The notes beneath the pieces are model-generated. The model saw only the letters and a program-made list of their open reading frames with translations, did not search any database and was not told the origin of the DNA. Of a DNA stretch of 64,000 nt, positions 39,801-48,783 are shown piece after piece. Position 1 is the stretch's first letter; every line of letters starts with the position of its first letter. The position numbers and the translations under genes are program-made. Source of the DNA: Brevinema andersonii (GTDB lineage: Bacteria; Spirochaetota; DYKD01). The stretch covers positions 6,327 to 70,326 of the forward strand of contig DYKD01000005.1 in NCBI GenBank assembly GCA_020722765.1. Reading direction: 5' to 3'.

Positions 39801-41189
39801 TTCCCTCTTACAAATATCGGAGGGAACAACTGGAGAGGATCCTATACGGTTGCTGCGTGGGTTACCCCCGGCGTGAAATCATTGGGATTGACAGCCACGG
39901 ATGATACATCTCATACCATAAATCAGTCAGTCTCTTTGACAGTGCTGGATGGATCAAAAGGGATTTCACTCACTTCAGTAGCTGTTAATCCTTTGTCTAT
40001 CACCAATAATGCCGCACGCATCATAACAGTCACAGCCACTGCCAGTGACACGAATGGGACTATTTCTGGATTATCAGTGAATTTGTCTGCAGTAGGAGGC
40101 TCTTCAGGTTTTCCTATGACAAATATCGGAGGAAACAATTGGCGTGCCTCCTATACAGTGGCATCCGGATATGCTGTGGGAACAAAGACTTTGACAGTGC
40201 GTGCCATGGATGATGCTGGTAACAGTAGCAGCAATACGGCTTTGCTCAATATCCTCAGCACAACCCCTATAGGTATCAGTATTATGTCGCCGTCTGTTAC
40301 ACCAACAAATATTTTGAATAATGTTCCAAATATAATAACGATTTCTGTTGTGGCTTCGGATTCCAATGGGAGCATAACAGGAGTGACTGCTAACCTTTCT
40401 CCAGTAGGCGGTTCAGCATCCTTTTCTCTTGCAAATACTGGTGGGAATAACTGGAGTGGCACATATACGGTTGCTGCTGGTGTTTCCATTGGAGTTAAGA
40501 CAATCTATATTACGGCAACAGACGATTCAACATTCAGTAGGTCTATTTCTGATACAATAACCGTAGTAGATGGAGCAAATGGCATCTCTATGACAGGATT
40601 AGTGATGTCACCAGCAGTGTTGACAAATAATAAGGATAGGTTGTTAACTGTTTCTTTGACAGTCGCTGACAGTAACGGCACTATAAGTGGTGTTACTGCA
40701 GATTTATCAAGTATAGGAGGTAGTTCAGCTCAAGCCATGAGTTCGACAGGTGGTGGTGGCTATCAAGTTTCCTATTTGGTAGATTCCAGCAGCCTCTCAG
40801 CAGGTTCCTATGCCTTGTCGATACGGGCAACAGACAATTCGGGTAATACCAGGACATTGACAACGAATATCCGTGTAGTAGCAGAAGCGCTGAAGTTGAA
40901 TACGTTCCAGATCTCGCCAAACCCACTGATTCTTTCTGGATCAAAACAGAATGGGACAGAGTTCAAGATCCTCTATTCAGCCAAGGCTGGTGCAGATGTC
41001 GCTTTTGAAGTTTATACCATTTTGGGTGAAACTGTCATTCAGTTGACGGATGAGACAGGTTCCGGAGAGATTATCTGGGATGGTAAAAATGATAAAGGCG
41101 TTCAGATCGTTTCAGGTGTCTATCTGTTATTCATGCGCGTCAACGGACAGAAGATGGAGTCTCCTGTCAAGTTCGGACTTTTGAGATGA
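36828..41189 (+). CDS. giant secreted protein: two CE2-like (beta-sandwich + SGNH) esterase cassettes + Ig-like domain array + T9SS type-A CTD
   Basis: Two 'C(I)IGDSITE...GHNDL...DGTHP' SGNH blocks, each preceded by a 'YTDAGG...NNWGGDGTG...YDF.E.SYK' beta-sandwich. C-terminus 'ISPNPLIL...VAFEVYTILGETV...IIWDGKNDKGVQIVSGVYLLFMRV' is a classic Por CTD. Confidence 0.7.
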   Translation: MKKIWMLVLSFFLAMAVNSEAALTYTDVYTDAGGWANPSGSLYGWGYAEVDGEGVGGSKCIKSNYHVTSWYDGGAININNWGGDGTGKNLNEYDFIEVSYKITGPATLLMFFMDADGVAAHMAGGIDTSTTSGGIVVGYSNGAQTTYKTVRIPIQAFTGPGSYGIDDVKNIAFNLSGVESGSGTVWIDNIRVAKGTEDFETSTNTRICIIGDSITESREGTEGCKSFRYNLWQKLTNSGYKKIDFVGVHKGVYTSRTDWMGYTGHGQGIPCQTDYDQDSEGWWGFPVDYLGNALPAHMTFYTPDIAMIHLGHNDLYWQMILKGQTAAEAIAMTTNELRYMVRNLRLKNPNVKVVIGQVIRMSSGNENLDTYRALIPILAKALSNAASPVISWDFNSGMDPTFLYDGTHPNPTGEQTMATNYYNALVRLLPPLPSTGIGISAVSVSPSSFTNTAAHLITLNATAVDSNGSITGVTADLSSVGGSATYALSSANGTNWSATYNVASGISHGVKTITFKATDNSGNTRSLSTSITVYPPPGTLDETLVYVDAGGLVGANFWGATEVTTGGPIEGTKHLYKSYNVTTYWDGFGLCVNGWAAGPTAGIDFSQYDFLEISYKLSGPAGLYLALADAYTNGGQRTAGGASTAGKIYVGYSNSSYKTVRIPINAFKWNSSPAGVTNVQQILISLSGLSNATGEVYVDNIKLLKGSEAFTTSSNTRIVCIGDSITEGIEGTPGTVSYRRTLWHLITNNGFKTVDFVGSLNGCWPLSPPNNGPAMHGTGTPDFVDYDMDHEGWVGYPAEYLANAISAHMNSYTPDIALIHLGHNDEMGWHDSVDSTTNDIAKLVDNLRFKNPNIKIVLGQIILPSSDPSGWYADYRARLASLATRLNTAGSPVIAWDINTHMGTAGENLHDGTHPSVEGENIMATNFYNALLTWLPAPAGSGLSLSSVTVTPSSISNNQAHVITLNATAIDSNGSITGVVANLSSVGGSTSFPLTNIGGNNWRGSYTVAAWVTPGVKSLGLTATDDTSHTINQSVSLTVLDGSKGISLTSVAVNPLSITNNAARIITVTATASDTNGTISGLSVNLSAVGGSSGFPMTNIGGNNWRASYTVASGYAVGTKTLTVRAMDDAGNSSSNTALLNILSTTPIGISIMSPSVTPTNILNNVPNIITISVVASDSNGSITGVTANLSPVGGSASFSLANTGGNNWSGTYTVAAGVSIGVKTIYITATDDSTFSRSISDTITVVDGANGISMTGLVMSPAVLTNNKDRLLTVSLTVADSNGTISGVTADLSSIGGSSAQAMSSTGGGGYQVSYLVDSSSLSAGSYALSIRATDNSGNTRTLTTNIRVVAEALKLNTFQISPNPLILSGSKQNGTEFKILYSAKAGADVAFEVYTILGETVIQLTDETGSGEIIWDGKNDKGVQIVSGVYLLFMRVNGQKMESPVKFGLLR

Positions 41190-41224
41190 GTTTTGAATAA
41201 AATTTTTCAAAAACGAGGTAGCTT

Positions 41225-42157
41225 ATGAAAATCAGAAAAATGCTTGTTGTTCTCGGAACGATTTTTGTTTTGTCAACACTTCTGTCAGCAGGTGGAGAAT
41301 CAGGGATGATTTTTATGCGCCTTTCCCCTGATGCCAGGGGGAATTCATTAGCAGGATCTATAATCGGAAATGTAGATACATTGAGCAGTCTGGTATGGAA
41401 TCCTGCAGGGCTTGCAAAAATGACCAAAAAAAATGTTCAATTCTCCTACACTCGTTGGATAGCCGACATGAATCATATATATTTGGCGTATGGCATGCCA
41501 CTCGTAAAGATCAAATATGGTAAAATAGCTACAAGTCTTGTCTTTTTCAGTCAAGGGTTATTGGATCAGACAACAGGTCTTGATACCGATTTGTCTGGAT
41601 TGGACTCTTATGACCTATCGTTGACTGTCGGTTATGGGAAAACATTCGGAAGTGCCCAAATTGGCGGAAGCTTGCATTATATCACAAGTAAAATTCTCGG
41701 AGAAAGTTTAAGTGGGATGGCATTGGATTTCGGGACGCAGTATGCTTTTGACAAGAAGAAAAGGTATAAGGCCGGATTTGTCTTGAAGAATGTAGGGTTC
41801 AATACCATGTCGGAATCAATGCCCATGTTAGTCCAATTGGGATTTGGCGCGAAATTTCTGCAGGCTTCTGATATTATTTTGGCCAATATCAGTGGAGATT
41901 ATGTTGTGGCAGAACAGGATATGATAGTTCGGTTGGGCATGGAATATGGAATTAAAAAAATGGTTTTTTTGAGAGCTGGGTATAAATACGAGTCCGGTTC
42001 TTCCACTTTAGGTGGGGTGAAAGGGCTGACACTTGGTATTGGCGGTAATTTTAAGCCCGCTATCGATTTTGTCAAAACATTCAATGCTGATATAACCTGG
42101 ATACCAGTTGGAGAGTTAGGGAATTCTGTTCAGTTTACAATAGGCGCGAAATTCTGA
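41225..42157 (+). CDS. outer-membrane beta-barrel protein, FadL/PorV/PorQ-like (paralog c)
   Basis: Signal peptide. 'SPDARGNSLAGSIIGNVDTLSSLVWNPAGLA' signature. Ends '...VQFTIGAKF' (C-terminal Phe). Directly downstream of the CTD cargo gene at 36828. Confidence 0.6.
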   Translation: MKIRKMLVVLGTIFVLSTLLSAGGESGMIFMRLSPDARGNSLAGSIIGNVDTLSSLVWNPAGLAKMTKKNVQFSYTRWIADMNHIYLAYGMPLVKIKYGKIATSLVFFSQGLLDQTTGLDTDLSGLDSYDLSLTVGYGKTFGSAQIGGSLHYITSKILGESLSGMALDFGTQYAFDKKKRYKAGFVLKNVGFNTMSESMPMLVQLGFGAKFLQASDIILANISGDYVVAEQDMIVRLGMEYGIKKMVFLRAGYKYESGSSTLGGVKGLTLGIGGNFKPAIDFVKTFNADITWIPVGELGNSVQFTIGAKF

Positions 42158-42230
42158 TTTAAAACATATTTGATTTAATACTCCTTGCTGACTAATTCAG
42201 TGAGGAGTATTTGATTGTTTGGAGGATATA

Positions 42231-42356
42231 ATGAGATCTAAATTTCTACTGGTGATATTCTCTTTTCTCATTTTGATGATGCAGGCTTTTGCTCAACTTA
42301 CCTATACCCCGATTTATACAGATGCGGGCGGAGATGAGTTTTGTTCTACGAGGTGA
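42231..42356 (+). pseudogene. orphan 41-codon N-terminal fragment (signal peptide + start of the CE2-like beta-sandwich) of the giant-protein family
   Basis: GGAGG RBS then 'MRSKFLLVIFSFLILMMQAFAQLTYTPIYTDAGGDEFCSTR*'. Matches 'AALTYTDVYTDAGGW' at the N-terminus of the 36828 protein. Stop lies 4 nt before the GH94 GTG start. Confidence 0.6.
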
Positions 42357-42359
42357 ACA

Positions 42360-44753
42360 GTGAAGTACGGTTTTTTTGATGATTTGAAGAAGGAATATGT
42401 GATAACACGTCCAGACACTCCCCTTTCATGGAGTAATTATCTTGGTACGACAAGATATGGGGCTATTATCACAAATAATGCGGGAGGGTATAGTTTTTAT
42501 AAGTCTGGCGCTAAAGGACGATTCATGCGAATGCGGTTCAATTCCATACCGATGGATCAGCCTGGAAGATATTTCTATTTTCACGATCAGGAGAGCCGGG
42601 ACTTTTGGTCTTCCTCTTGGCAACCCGTAGGAAAACCGCTGGATGATTATAAGACGGTCTGTCGCCATGGGACTGCTTATACTGTCATTGAATCCGAATA
42701 TTCCGGTATAAAGTCTGAAAGTACATATTTCGTCCCATTGAACCAGGATTTCGAGTATTGGCTGTTGAAAATCAGTAACAACTCTGGTAGAAAGAGGAAA
42801 CTTTCTGTTTTTACGTATTGTGAGTTTTCAAATACGTGGGATACTTCACAGGATCTGGTCAATCTTCAATATTCTCTTTTTATCACAAGGGGGACTTTGA
42901 AGGATGGTCTCCTTAGTATTTCTACAAATGATCATTTTGCTCCTAATCCGGATGGGAATTATGATTTAGACGAGTCTCGGCGTCTATGGATGACTTTGCA
43001 GGGAGCTTCCGTTGTAGGTTTTGACACAAGCAGGGATTCTTTCTTAGGTTCCTATCGGAGCTATGATAAACCATTAGTTGTTGAAAAAGGCATGTGCAGC
43101 AATAGCAACGCCTATGGTGATAACACCTGCGGAACTTTGCAGACTGATATCATTTTAGAACCTGGGGAATCGAAAGAATTGGTTGTGCTGTTAGGATTGG
43201 GGGATTCACAAATTACTGGAAAAAAAATAATTGAAAGGTTTTCTCCCATCAGGGTTGTTTATGAAGAACTTGATAAATTGAAAAAGAGTTGGCATTCAAA
43301 ACTTGAATCTTTTTCTGTTGAAACACCTGACAAGGAGTTTGATTCCTATATCAATATGTGGGCTCCTTATAACAGTATGATCACCTTTGCATGGTCTCGG
43401 GCTGCCAGTCTTGTCTATAATGGCGAGAGGGACGGTTTGGGATTCAGGGATTCAGTGCAGGATGTTTTGGGTGTGGCTCTTTCAATGCCCGATTTGGCGA
43501 AACAACGTCTTGAACTCATGTTGTCCGGTCAATTGGCGCATGGCGGTGCGATTCCTGTCATCAAGCCTTTCGATCATCATCCAGGTAAAGAGCACGAGCC
43601 ACCTGCAGATGAGCTGCGTTCTGATGACTGTCTCTGGTTTTTTAACGCGATTCCAGAATATGTGGCTGAAACAGGTAATATAAAATTTTATGAAACAGTT
43701 ATCCCTTACGCGGATAAGGGCCAAGACACTGTCTTTGGTCACATGCGACGGGCTTTGGAGTTCAACCTTTCTCGACTTGGTAAAAATAGATTGCCGTGTG
43801 GTTTGTCCGCGGATTGGAATGATTGCCTCAAGTTGGGTTATTATGGTGAGAGTGTTTTTGTCGCCTTTCAAGTGAGGTTAGGTCTATCGGTCTATGCAGA
43901 CATTGCAGATTCAATGAATCTTCACCCTGAATCTAAATGGGCGCGTTCAAATTTGGCAGAGTTAGATAAGAATATCCAGAAAGTTGCGTGGGATGGGAAT
44001 TGGTTCATCTGGGCAATAGGTGAAAATGGTCAGGTTTATGGAACAAAAGATTTCGAAGAAGGGCAGGTTTATCTCAATACACAGGTTTGGTCAATTCTGA
44101 GTGGATTTGCAAGTAAAGAACAGGCTCAAAAATCGATGCAGACCGTAAAAGAAAAATTGGCAACCCCCTATGGAGTTATGCTTTCCTATCCACCATTTGA
44201 AAAAACTTCCATTGATGTGATGAGGGCAGTTCTTTTTCTCAATGGAATTAAGGAGAATTCTGGGATTTTTGGACATACCCAAGGTTGGGCAGTAATGGCG
44301 GAGGCCTTGTTAAAAAACGGGAATCAGGCTTATTCCTATTACAGGGCAGCGATGCCTACGGCGTATAATGAAAAAGCGGAAATCCGTCAAGCTGAACCCT
44401 ATGTTCAGACTCAGACAACGTATTCCACGGTTTCTGAAAGGCCTGGTAATTCCCGCGTGTCCTGGTTGACAGGTGCGGCTGCTTGGATGTATTTTAGTGC
44501 TACCCATTATATCCTCGGCATCCAACCGGAGATTGATGGACTGAAAATTGATCCTTGTATTCCAAGCCAGTGGGATGGGTTCAAGGTCAATCGAATTTTC
44601 AGAGGCAAGAAGTTTTCAATTGTTGTTTCCAATCCTTCTCATGTGTCTGCTGGTGTAAAAACATTGACTTTAAATGGAAGAAAGATAGAAGGGAATAGAA
44701 TTCCAGTGGATATGATGCAGTCTGAAAATGTGGTAGCTGTTCTTATGGGATGA
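42360..44753 (+). CDS. GH94-family disaccharide/oligosaccharide phosphorylase (cellobiose/chitobiose phosphorylase-like), cytoplasmic (paralog a)
   Basis: N-terminus 'MKYGFFDDLKKEYVITRPDTPLSWSNYLG' is nearly diagnostic for cellobiose-phosphorylase-type GH94 enzymes. No signal peptide. GTG start. Confidence 0.75.
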   Translation: MKYGFFDDLKKEYVITRPDTPLSWSNYLGTTRYGAIITNNAGGYSFYKSGAKGRFMRMRFNSIPMDQPGRYFYFHDQESRDFWSSSWQPVGKPLDDYKTVCRHGTAYTVIESEYSGIKSESTYFVPLNQDFEYWLLKISNNSGRKRKLSVFTYCEFSNTWDTSQDLVNLQYSLFITRGTLKDGLLSISTNDHFAPNPDGNYDLDESRRLWMTLQGASVVGFDTSRDSFLGSYRSYDKPLVVEKGMCSNSNAYGDNTCGTLQTDIILEPGESKELVVLLGLGDSQITGKKIIERFSPIRVVYEELDKLKKSWHSKLESFSVETPDKEFDSYINMWAPYNSMITFAWSRAASLVYNGERDGLGFRDSVQDVLGVALSMPDLAKQRLELMLSGQLAHGGAIPVIKPFDHHPGKEHEPPADELRSDDCLWFFNAIPEYVAETGNIKFYETVIPYADKGQDTVFGHMRRALEFNLSRLGKNRLPCGLSADWNDCLKLGYYGESVFVAFQVRLGLSVYADIADSMNLHPESKWARSNLAELDKNIQKVAWDGNWFIWAIGENGQVYGTKDFEEGQVYLNTQVWSILSGFASKEQAQKSMQTVKEKLATPYGVMLSYPPFEKTSIDVMRAVLFLNGIKENSGIFGHTQGWAVMAEALLKNGNQAYSYYRAAMPTAYNEKAEIRQAEPYVQTQTTYSTVSERPGNSRVSWLTGAAAWMYFSATHYILGIQPEIDGLKIDPCIPSQWDGFKVNRIFRGKKFSIVVSNPSHVSAGVKTLTLNGRKIEGNRIPVDMMQSENVVAVLMG

Positions 44754-44804
44754 TCCAGGATGAGCCATGAGCCTCTTTTATGATTACCCGTTGGAGGGAT
44801 GTAT

Positions 44805-47800
44805 ATGAAAAAGGAAGTTGTAGCGCGTCTTGTCTTTGCCTCCTTTCTGTTTTTGGCAAGTAATCTTTTGGCTGGAGGGACTAACTTTCTTGGCATCTAT
44901 TCTGATACTGAGAGTCGTGTGACTGGAACTTGGGATAACCAAGGATGGTTGGTTGAAACAAATGGAGGATACGAAGGTGTGAAACAGTATTGCTATCATG
45001 CTGTTTCCAGTAACAATTGGGATCGTTTCGCTTTGAATTTGGACAATTGGGGGTTGACTGTCTTTGATGCACGTGCTACTATTGCCTTGCGATTGGCATT
45101 CAATGGACCTTCTGGAAGCGATGCTGATTATTGGACTGTCCGTCTTTTAGATGCAAATGGCATCTATGGAAATACTGTCACTATGCCACTTTCAGTCGCT
45201 TATAAGTTGACGAACATTCCCGTTTTCACGCTCACCAATGGTACTGGAATCTCTTTGTCTGTTCTTCGGGAGATAAGATTCGATATTCATACGACTTCCT
45301 TCTCATCCACCAACCTTTTTTATCTGGATAATATTTTCTTGGTAAGGAAATATACGAATCTTGACTCATTTAAGATACGTCACGATAAAATGGCAGTTGT
45401 TTCCGTGTATGAGAAGATCGAAGTGGAGGCCTTGGATATTAATAAAATACCGGTCGGCGATTATTCTGGTACTGTGACATTGGATACGTCGGGAACAGCA
45501 TCAGCGATCTCCTGGATTTCAGATCCGAGTAATAAAGGCTCTTTCGGCGATGCAGGAATTTTTTCAGACAAGGCTTATTACACTTTTTCACCCTTAGATA
45601 AGGGGACTGCTACCTTTTACCTATCTGATGATTTGGCAGAAACGAATGTGAATATAGACATTTTCCAGCCTTCTCCCAGTATTGCTGATGATAATACAGA
45701 GGGAGTCATGAACTTTTATGACAGTGCCGCAATGTCTGGTGGTTGGTTAATTGATGATTTTGAGGATGGGGATAACTATAATTTTGAGCCAATTACAACC
45801 AATTTCAGATGGATGGGGATCACCTGGGATAACTACGGAGGGTCTGGGTCATCTGTACATGTCACTAACACTAATATTGCTTATTTTGGGTCTCGAAGTA
45901 TGAAATGCCGTTATAATCTTGGTGCTAATGGGCATAATGGTGGTTCAGGGGCATACCTCAATGACCATTGGGATAAATGGAACATATCCCAATATAGTTT
46001 TATTCGCTTCTGGGCGAAGGGGGATGGACATCCGATCTCAATGGTTGTTGCAACATCCAATATTTCAGATTTTGATCTTTATCATAAGGATATTGGTGAT
46101 TCTCAACCTAACTGGACCGAGTATCTTCTTTTGTTTGATGAATTTGCGCAATACGGATGGGGAGAATCCAAGCCTTTTGATTTGACACAAGTAAGAGCTT
46201 TGGAGTTCAGACCTTCCAATAAGGTGGCTAATGAAACAGGATGGTTTTTTGTTGATAATGTGATTGTGGGACCTCAATTTTTTGAAATCAGCCATGATGG
46301 GACTGCAGATCTCGATACATGGGAAAATATTGTCGTCAAAGTGAAAACACTGAAAGGTGTCAATACAAATTATTCAGGACTTGCGACACTTTATGTGGAA
46401 AGTCCCTATTCAGGTGTCATTTCATGGACAAACACATCCTATAATAATGGCATTTTTACATCTTTAGGATCAGGCAAGGCTACTTACCATTTTGTCCCTG
46501 CAGATAAGGGTGTTGTCACATTGAAAGTTTCAGGGAATGTGCCTGATCTTGTAGATCTTGGTGCTAAAGCAGTATATGACATGTCTGACAACAATGCGGA
46601 TCCGCGCTGGTTGGCTATTGGCGAAGTCCTTGCCATCACAAACACTTCCCCAGCGTCCGCAGAGATGAATGTGTCGATTGATGCCAATATCGACATCTAT
46701 TTTAACAAGTCTCTTTCTTCTATTACTATTACAACGGCTAATCTCTTTCTCTACAAGGTTTCCACTATGGAGCGTGAACCTGTTACCTTGAGTCTCCCCC
46801 AATCCAATCTTATCAGGATAGATCCTGTCAATAATCTTAGTGTAGGGGAGCAATATCGCGTCTATGTCACAACGAATGTCTATAGCGTTGACAGTCTGAA
46901 TCTGCCGAGGCTATCTTATTGGATTTTTACAGTTGAAAGCTTCTATTATGTCAATGATGACAGTCTTTCAGGGGATATTTTTTGTACGGCAGTGGGAAAT
47001 GATGCCAATGATGGCTTGAAGCCTTCAACTCCTAAACGAAATATAATGTCTATTGTTTCAAATTATACCATCCCTCCAGGGAAAATAATTTATGTTGACA
47101 CAGGAATCTATCCCGAATCTGTTAGTTTGACTAATGACAATGGGACAAACGGGGCTTATGTCACTTTTCAAGGCAGTACGAATGGGACAATCATTGACCC
47201 TCCTGCTGGTGATGCCATTTCTTTAAAACGTGCTAAATATGTAAGTGTTAAGAATTTTCAATGTACTGGTGCAGACAATGGGATAAAACTTTATCGTGAT
47301 GCCAGTCATAACCAGATCAAGGATAATCGCTGTTATAAGAACAGTTCATCTGGTATTTTGATTGGTGAAGTGAATAATACTCGGGCAAGTAGCAATATCA
47401 TTTATGGTAACTCTTGCTATTCGAATAGTTATCATGGCATTTTTCTTGGTGCACCTAATGAATTAGCTTTACATCGGAATGTTGTGACGCGTAATAGTTG
47501 TTATGATAATGGATATTCCGGCATCTTTTTACAGTATTCGGACAATAACTATATTTCACAGAATATTTTGTATGGGAATAATACGAATGGGATGAATGCC
47601 GCATTACTTGTTTTACAAGATGCTGATTATAATCTTATTGAAAATAATCTCTCATTTTCCAATAAATTATCAGGATATGAGTTTAATTCATGTGACGGTA
47701 CTGTTGCGAGAAATTGCATAGCTGTAGGGAATGGACAATATGGTTTTGTTGCGAATCCTGCACAAAATGTGACTTATTCTTTGGCGTGGAAGAATGTAAA

Positions 47801-48746
47801 CGCTCCTTCTTCTCAAGTCAATGGTGGCAATTTCATTTCTGGGGAGGGATGCCTTACTAACAATCCTTTATTTAGCTCTAATAGGAAAGATTTTCACCTT
47901 AAGTATCAGTCTCCCTGCCAATTGAGTGGTTTTACAAATAAGGCAAAATCTACAATAGGGAGATATTCCTTTTCTGTGAGTGCAGATGATAAGGGTAAGG
48001 ATGCTCCTTCAACTTATAGTAACTTCTTTTTGTCGACTTATTCCGGATCCATTCCGGGAGATGGAGTGATCTACTTCAAGTTCCCTGCCGGGTTTAGATT
48101 TGGCTCTCTATCTGTTTCAAGTTCAAGTAGATGGGGCGGGATCAAGGGGGGCTTTATCCCAACCTATCTGGGTAGCGGAATCGTTCGTATTGCGAGGGAT
48201 GGGACAGGAACGGCTTCCATAGCCGGTGAATCTGAAAATATTATCATTACAGGTGTTACAAATCCGTCAGTATCTTCGTCTAATTATAGAATACGAATGT
48301 GGACTGAAGATGCTCAGGGCAATATCATCGATTCTTATGAGGATAGCAATGATTTCATGATAGAGAGTGAAATATTCTCCTTGCTTTCAGTTGTCAAGTC
48401 AGTCTCCAATTTCTCATTGAATGGAGTAGGAATAGTGCGCCCACTTCCAGGGACAACAGTGACTTGTAAGATTACATATTCTAATACGACATCTGCAGCC
48501 ACCCGTGCCCCTGTAATTTTTGATAAGGTTTCTTCAAATGTCTATTTTATCACGAATGGCAGGATGGCTCCTCCAGGATGGGTTATGGACTGGTCAACAA
48601 ACCGGTTTCCGATCCAATCGTATCACAGTCCCCATTATGGGGTTTTCCCCATTAGTAATGTTAAAATCAGATGGGTGCGTTGGAGAAATGCCTCCGTGCC
48701 TGGTTTTGATAAGGATTTCCTTGTTTACAAGGTTGTCGTAAGGTAA
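44805..48746 (+). CDS. secreted right-handed parallel beta-helix repeat protein with C-terminal DUF11-like domain (paralog a)
   Basis: Signal peptide. Repeated 'N.I.GN.CY.N...GI.L' beta-helix coils (pectate-lyase/NosD-like). C-terminal 'LPGTTVTCKITYSNTTSAATRAPVIFDKV' DUF11-type repeat. ATG 44805 (GGAGGG at spacing 6). Confidence 0.55.
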   Translation: MKKEVVARLVFASFLFLASNLLAGGTNFLGIYSDTESRVTGTWDNQGWLVETNGGYEGVKQYCYHAVSSNNWDRFALNLDNWGLTVFDARATIALRLAFNGPSGSDADYWTVRLLDANGIYGNTVTMPLSVAYKLTNIPVFTLTNGTGISLSVLREIRFDIHTTSFSSTNLFYLDNIFLVRKYTNLDSFKIRHDKMAVVSVYEKIEVEALDINKIPVGDYSGTVTLDTSGTASAISWISDPSNKGSFGDAGIFSDKAYYTFSPLDKGTATFYLSDDLAETNVNIDIFQPSPSIADDNTEGVMNFYDSAAMSGGWLIDDFEDGDNYNFEPITTNFRWMGITWDNYGGSGSSVHVTNTNIAYFGSRSMKCRYNLGANGHNGGSGAYLNDHWDKWNISQYSFIRFWAKGDGHPISMVVATSNISDFDLYHKDIGDSQPNWTEYLLLFDEFAQYGWGESKPFDLTQVRALEFRPSNKVANETGWFFVDNVIVGPQFFEISHDGTADLDTWENIVVKVKTLKGVNTNYSGLATLYVESPYSGVISWTNTSYNNGIFTSLGSGKATYHFVPADKGVVTLKVSGNVPDLVDLGAKAVYDMSDNNADPRWLAIGEVLAITNTSPASAEMNVSIDANIDIYFNKSLSSITITTANLFLYKVSTMEREPVTLSLPQSNLIRIDPVNNLSVGEQYRVYVTTNVYSVDSLNLPRLSYWIFTVESFYYVNDDSLSGDIFCTAVGNDANDGLKPSTPKRNIMSIVSNYTIPPGKIIYVDTGIYPESVSLTNDNGTNGAYVTFQGSTNGTIIDPPAGDAISLKRAKYVSVKNFQCTGADNGIKLYRDASHNQIKDNRCYKNSSSGILIGEVNNTRASSNIIYGNSCYSNSYHGIFLGAPNELALHRNVVTRNSCYDNGYSGIFLQYSDNNYISQNILYGNNTNGMNAALLVLQDADYNLIENNLSFSNKLSGYEFNSCDGTVARNCIAVGNGQYGFVANPAQNVTYSLAWKNVNAPSSQVNGGNFISGEGCLTNNPLFSSNRKDFHLKYQSPCQLSGFTNKAKSTIGRYSFSVSADDKGKDAPSTYSNFFLSTYSGSIPGDGVIYFKFPAGFRFGSLSVSSSSRWGGIKGGFIPTYLGSGIVRIARDGTGTASIAGESENIIITGVTNPSVSSSNYRIRMWTEDAQGNIIDSYEDSNDFMIESEIFSLLSVVKSVSNFSLNGVGIVRPLPGTTVTCKITYSNTTSAATRAPVIFDKVSSNVYFITNGRMAPPGWVMDWSTNRFPIQSYHSPHYGVFPISNVKIRWVRWRNASVPGFDKDFLVYKVVVR

Positions 48747-48783
48747 TTGTATGATTGATGTTTTGGCTAATAGGTGAGAAGAG

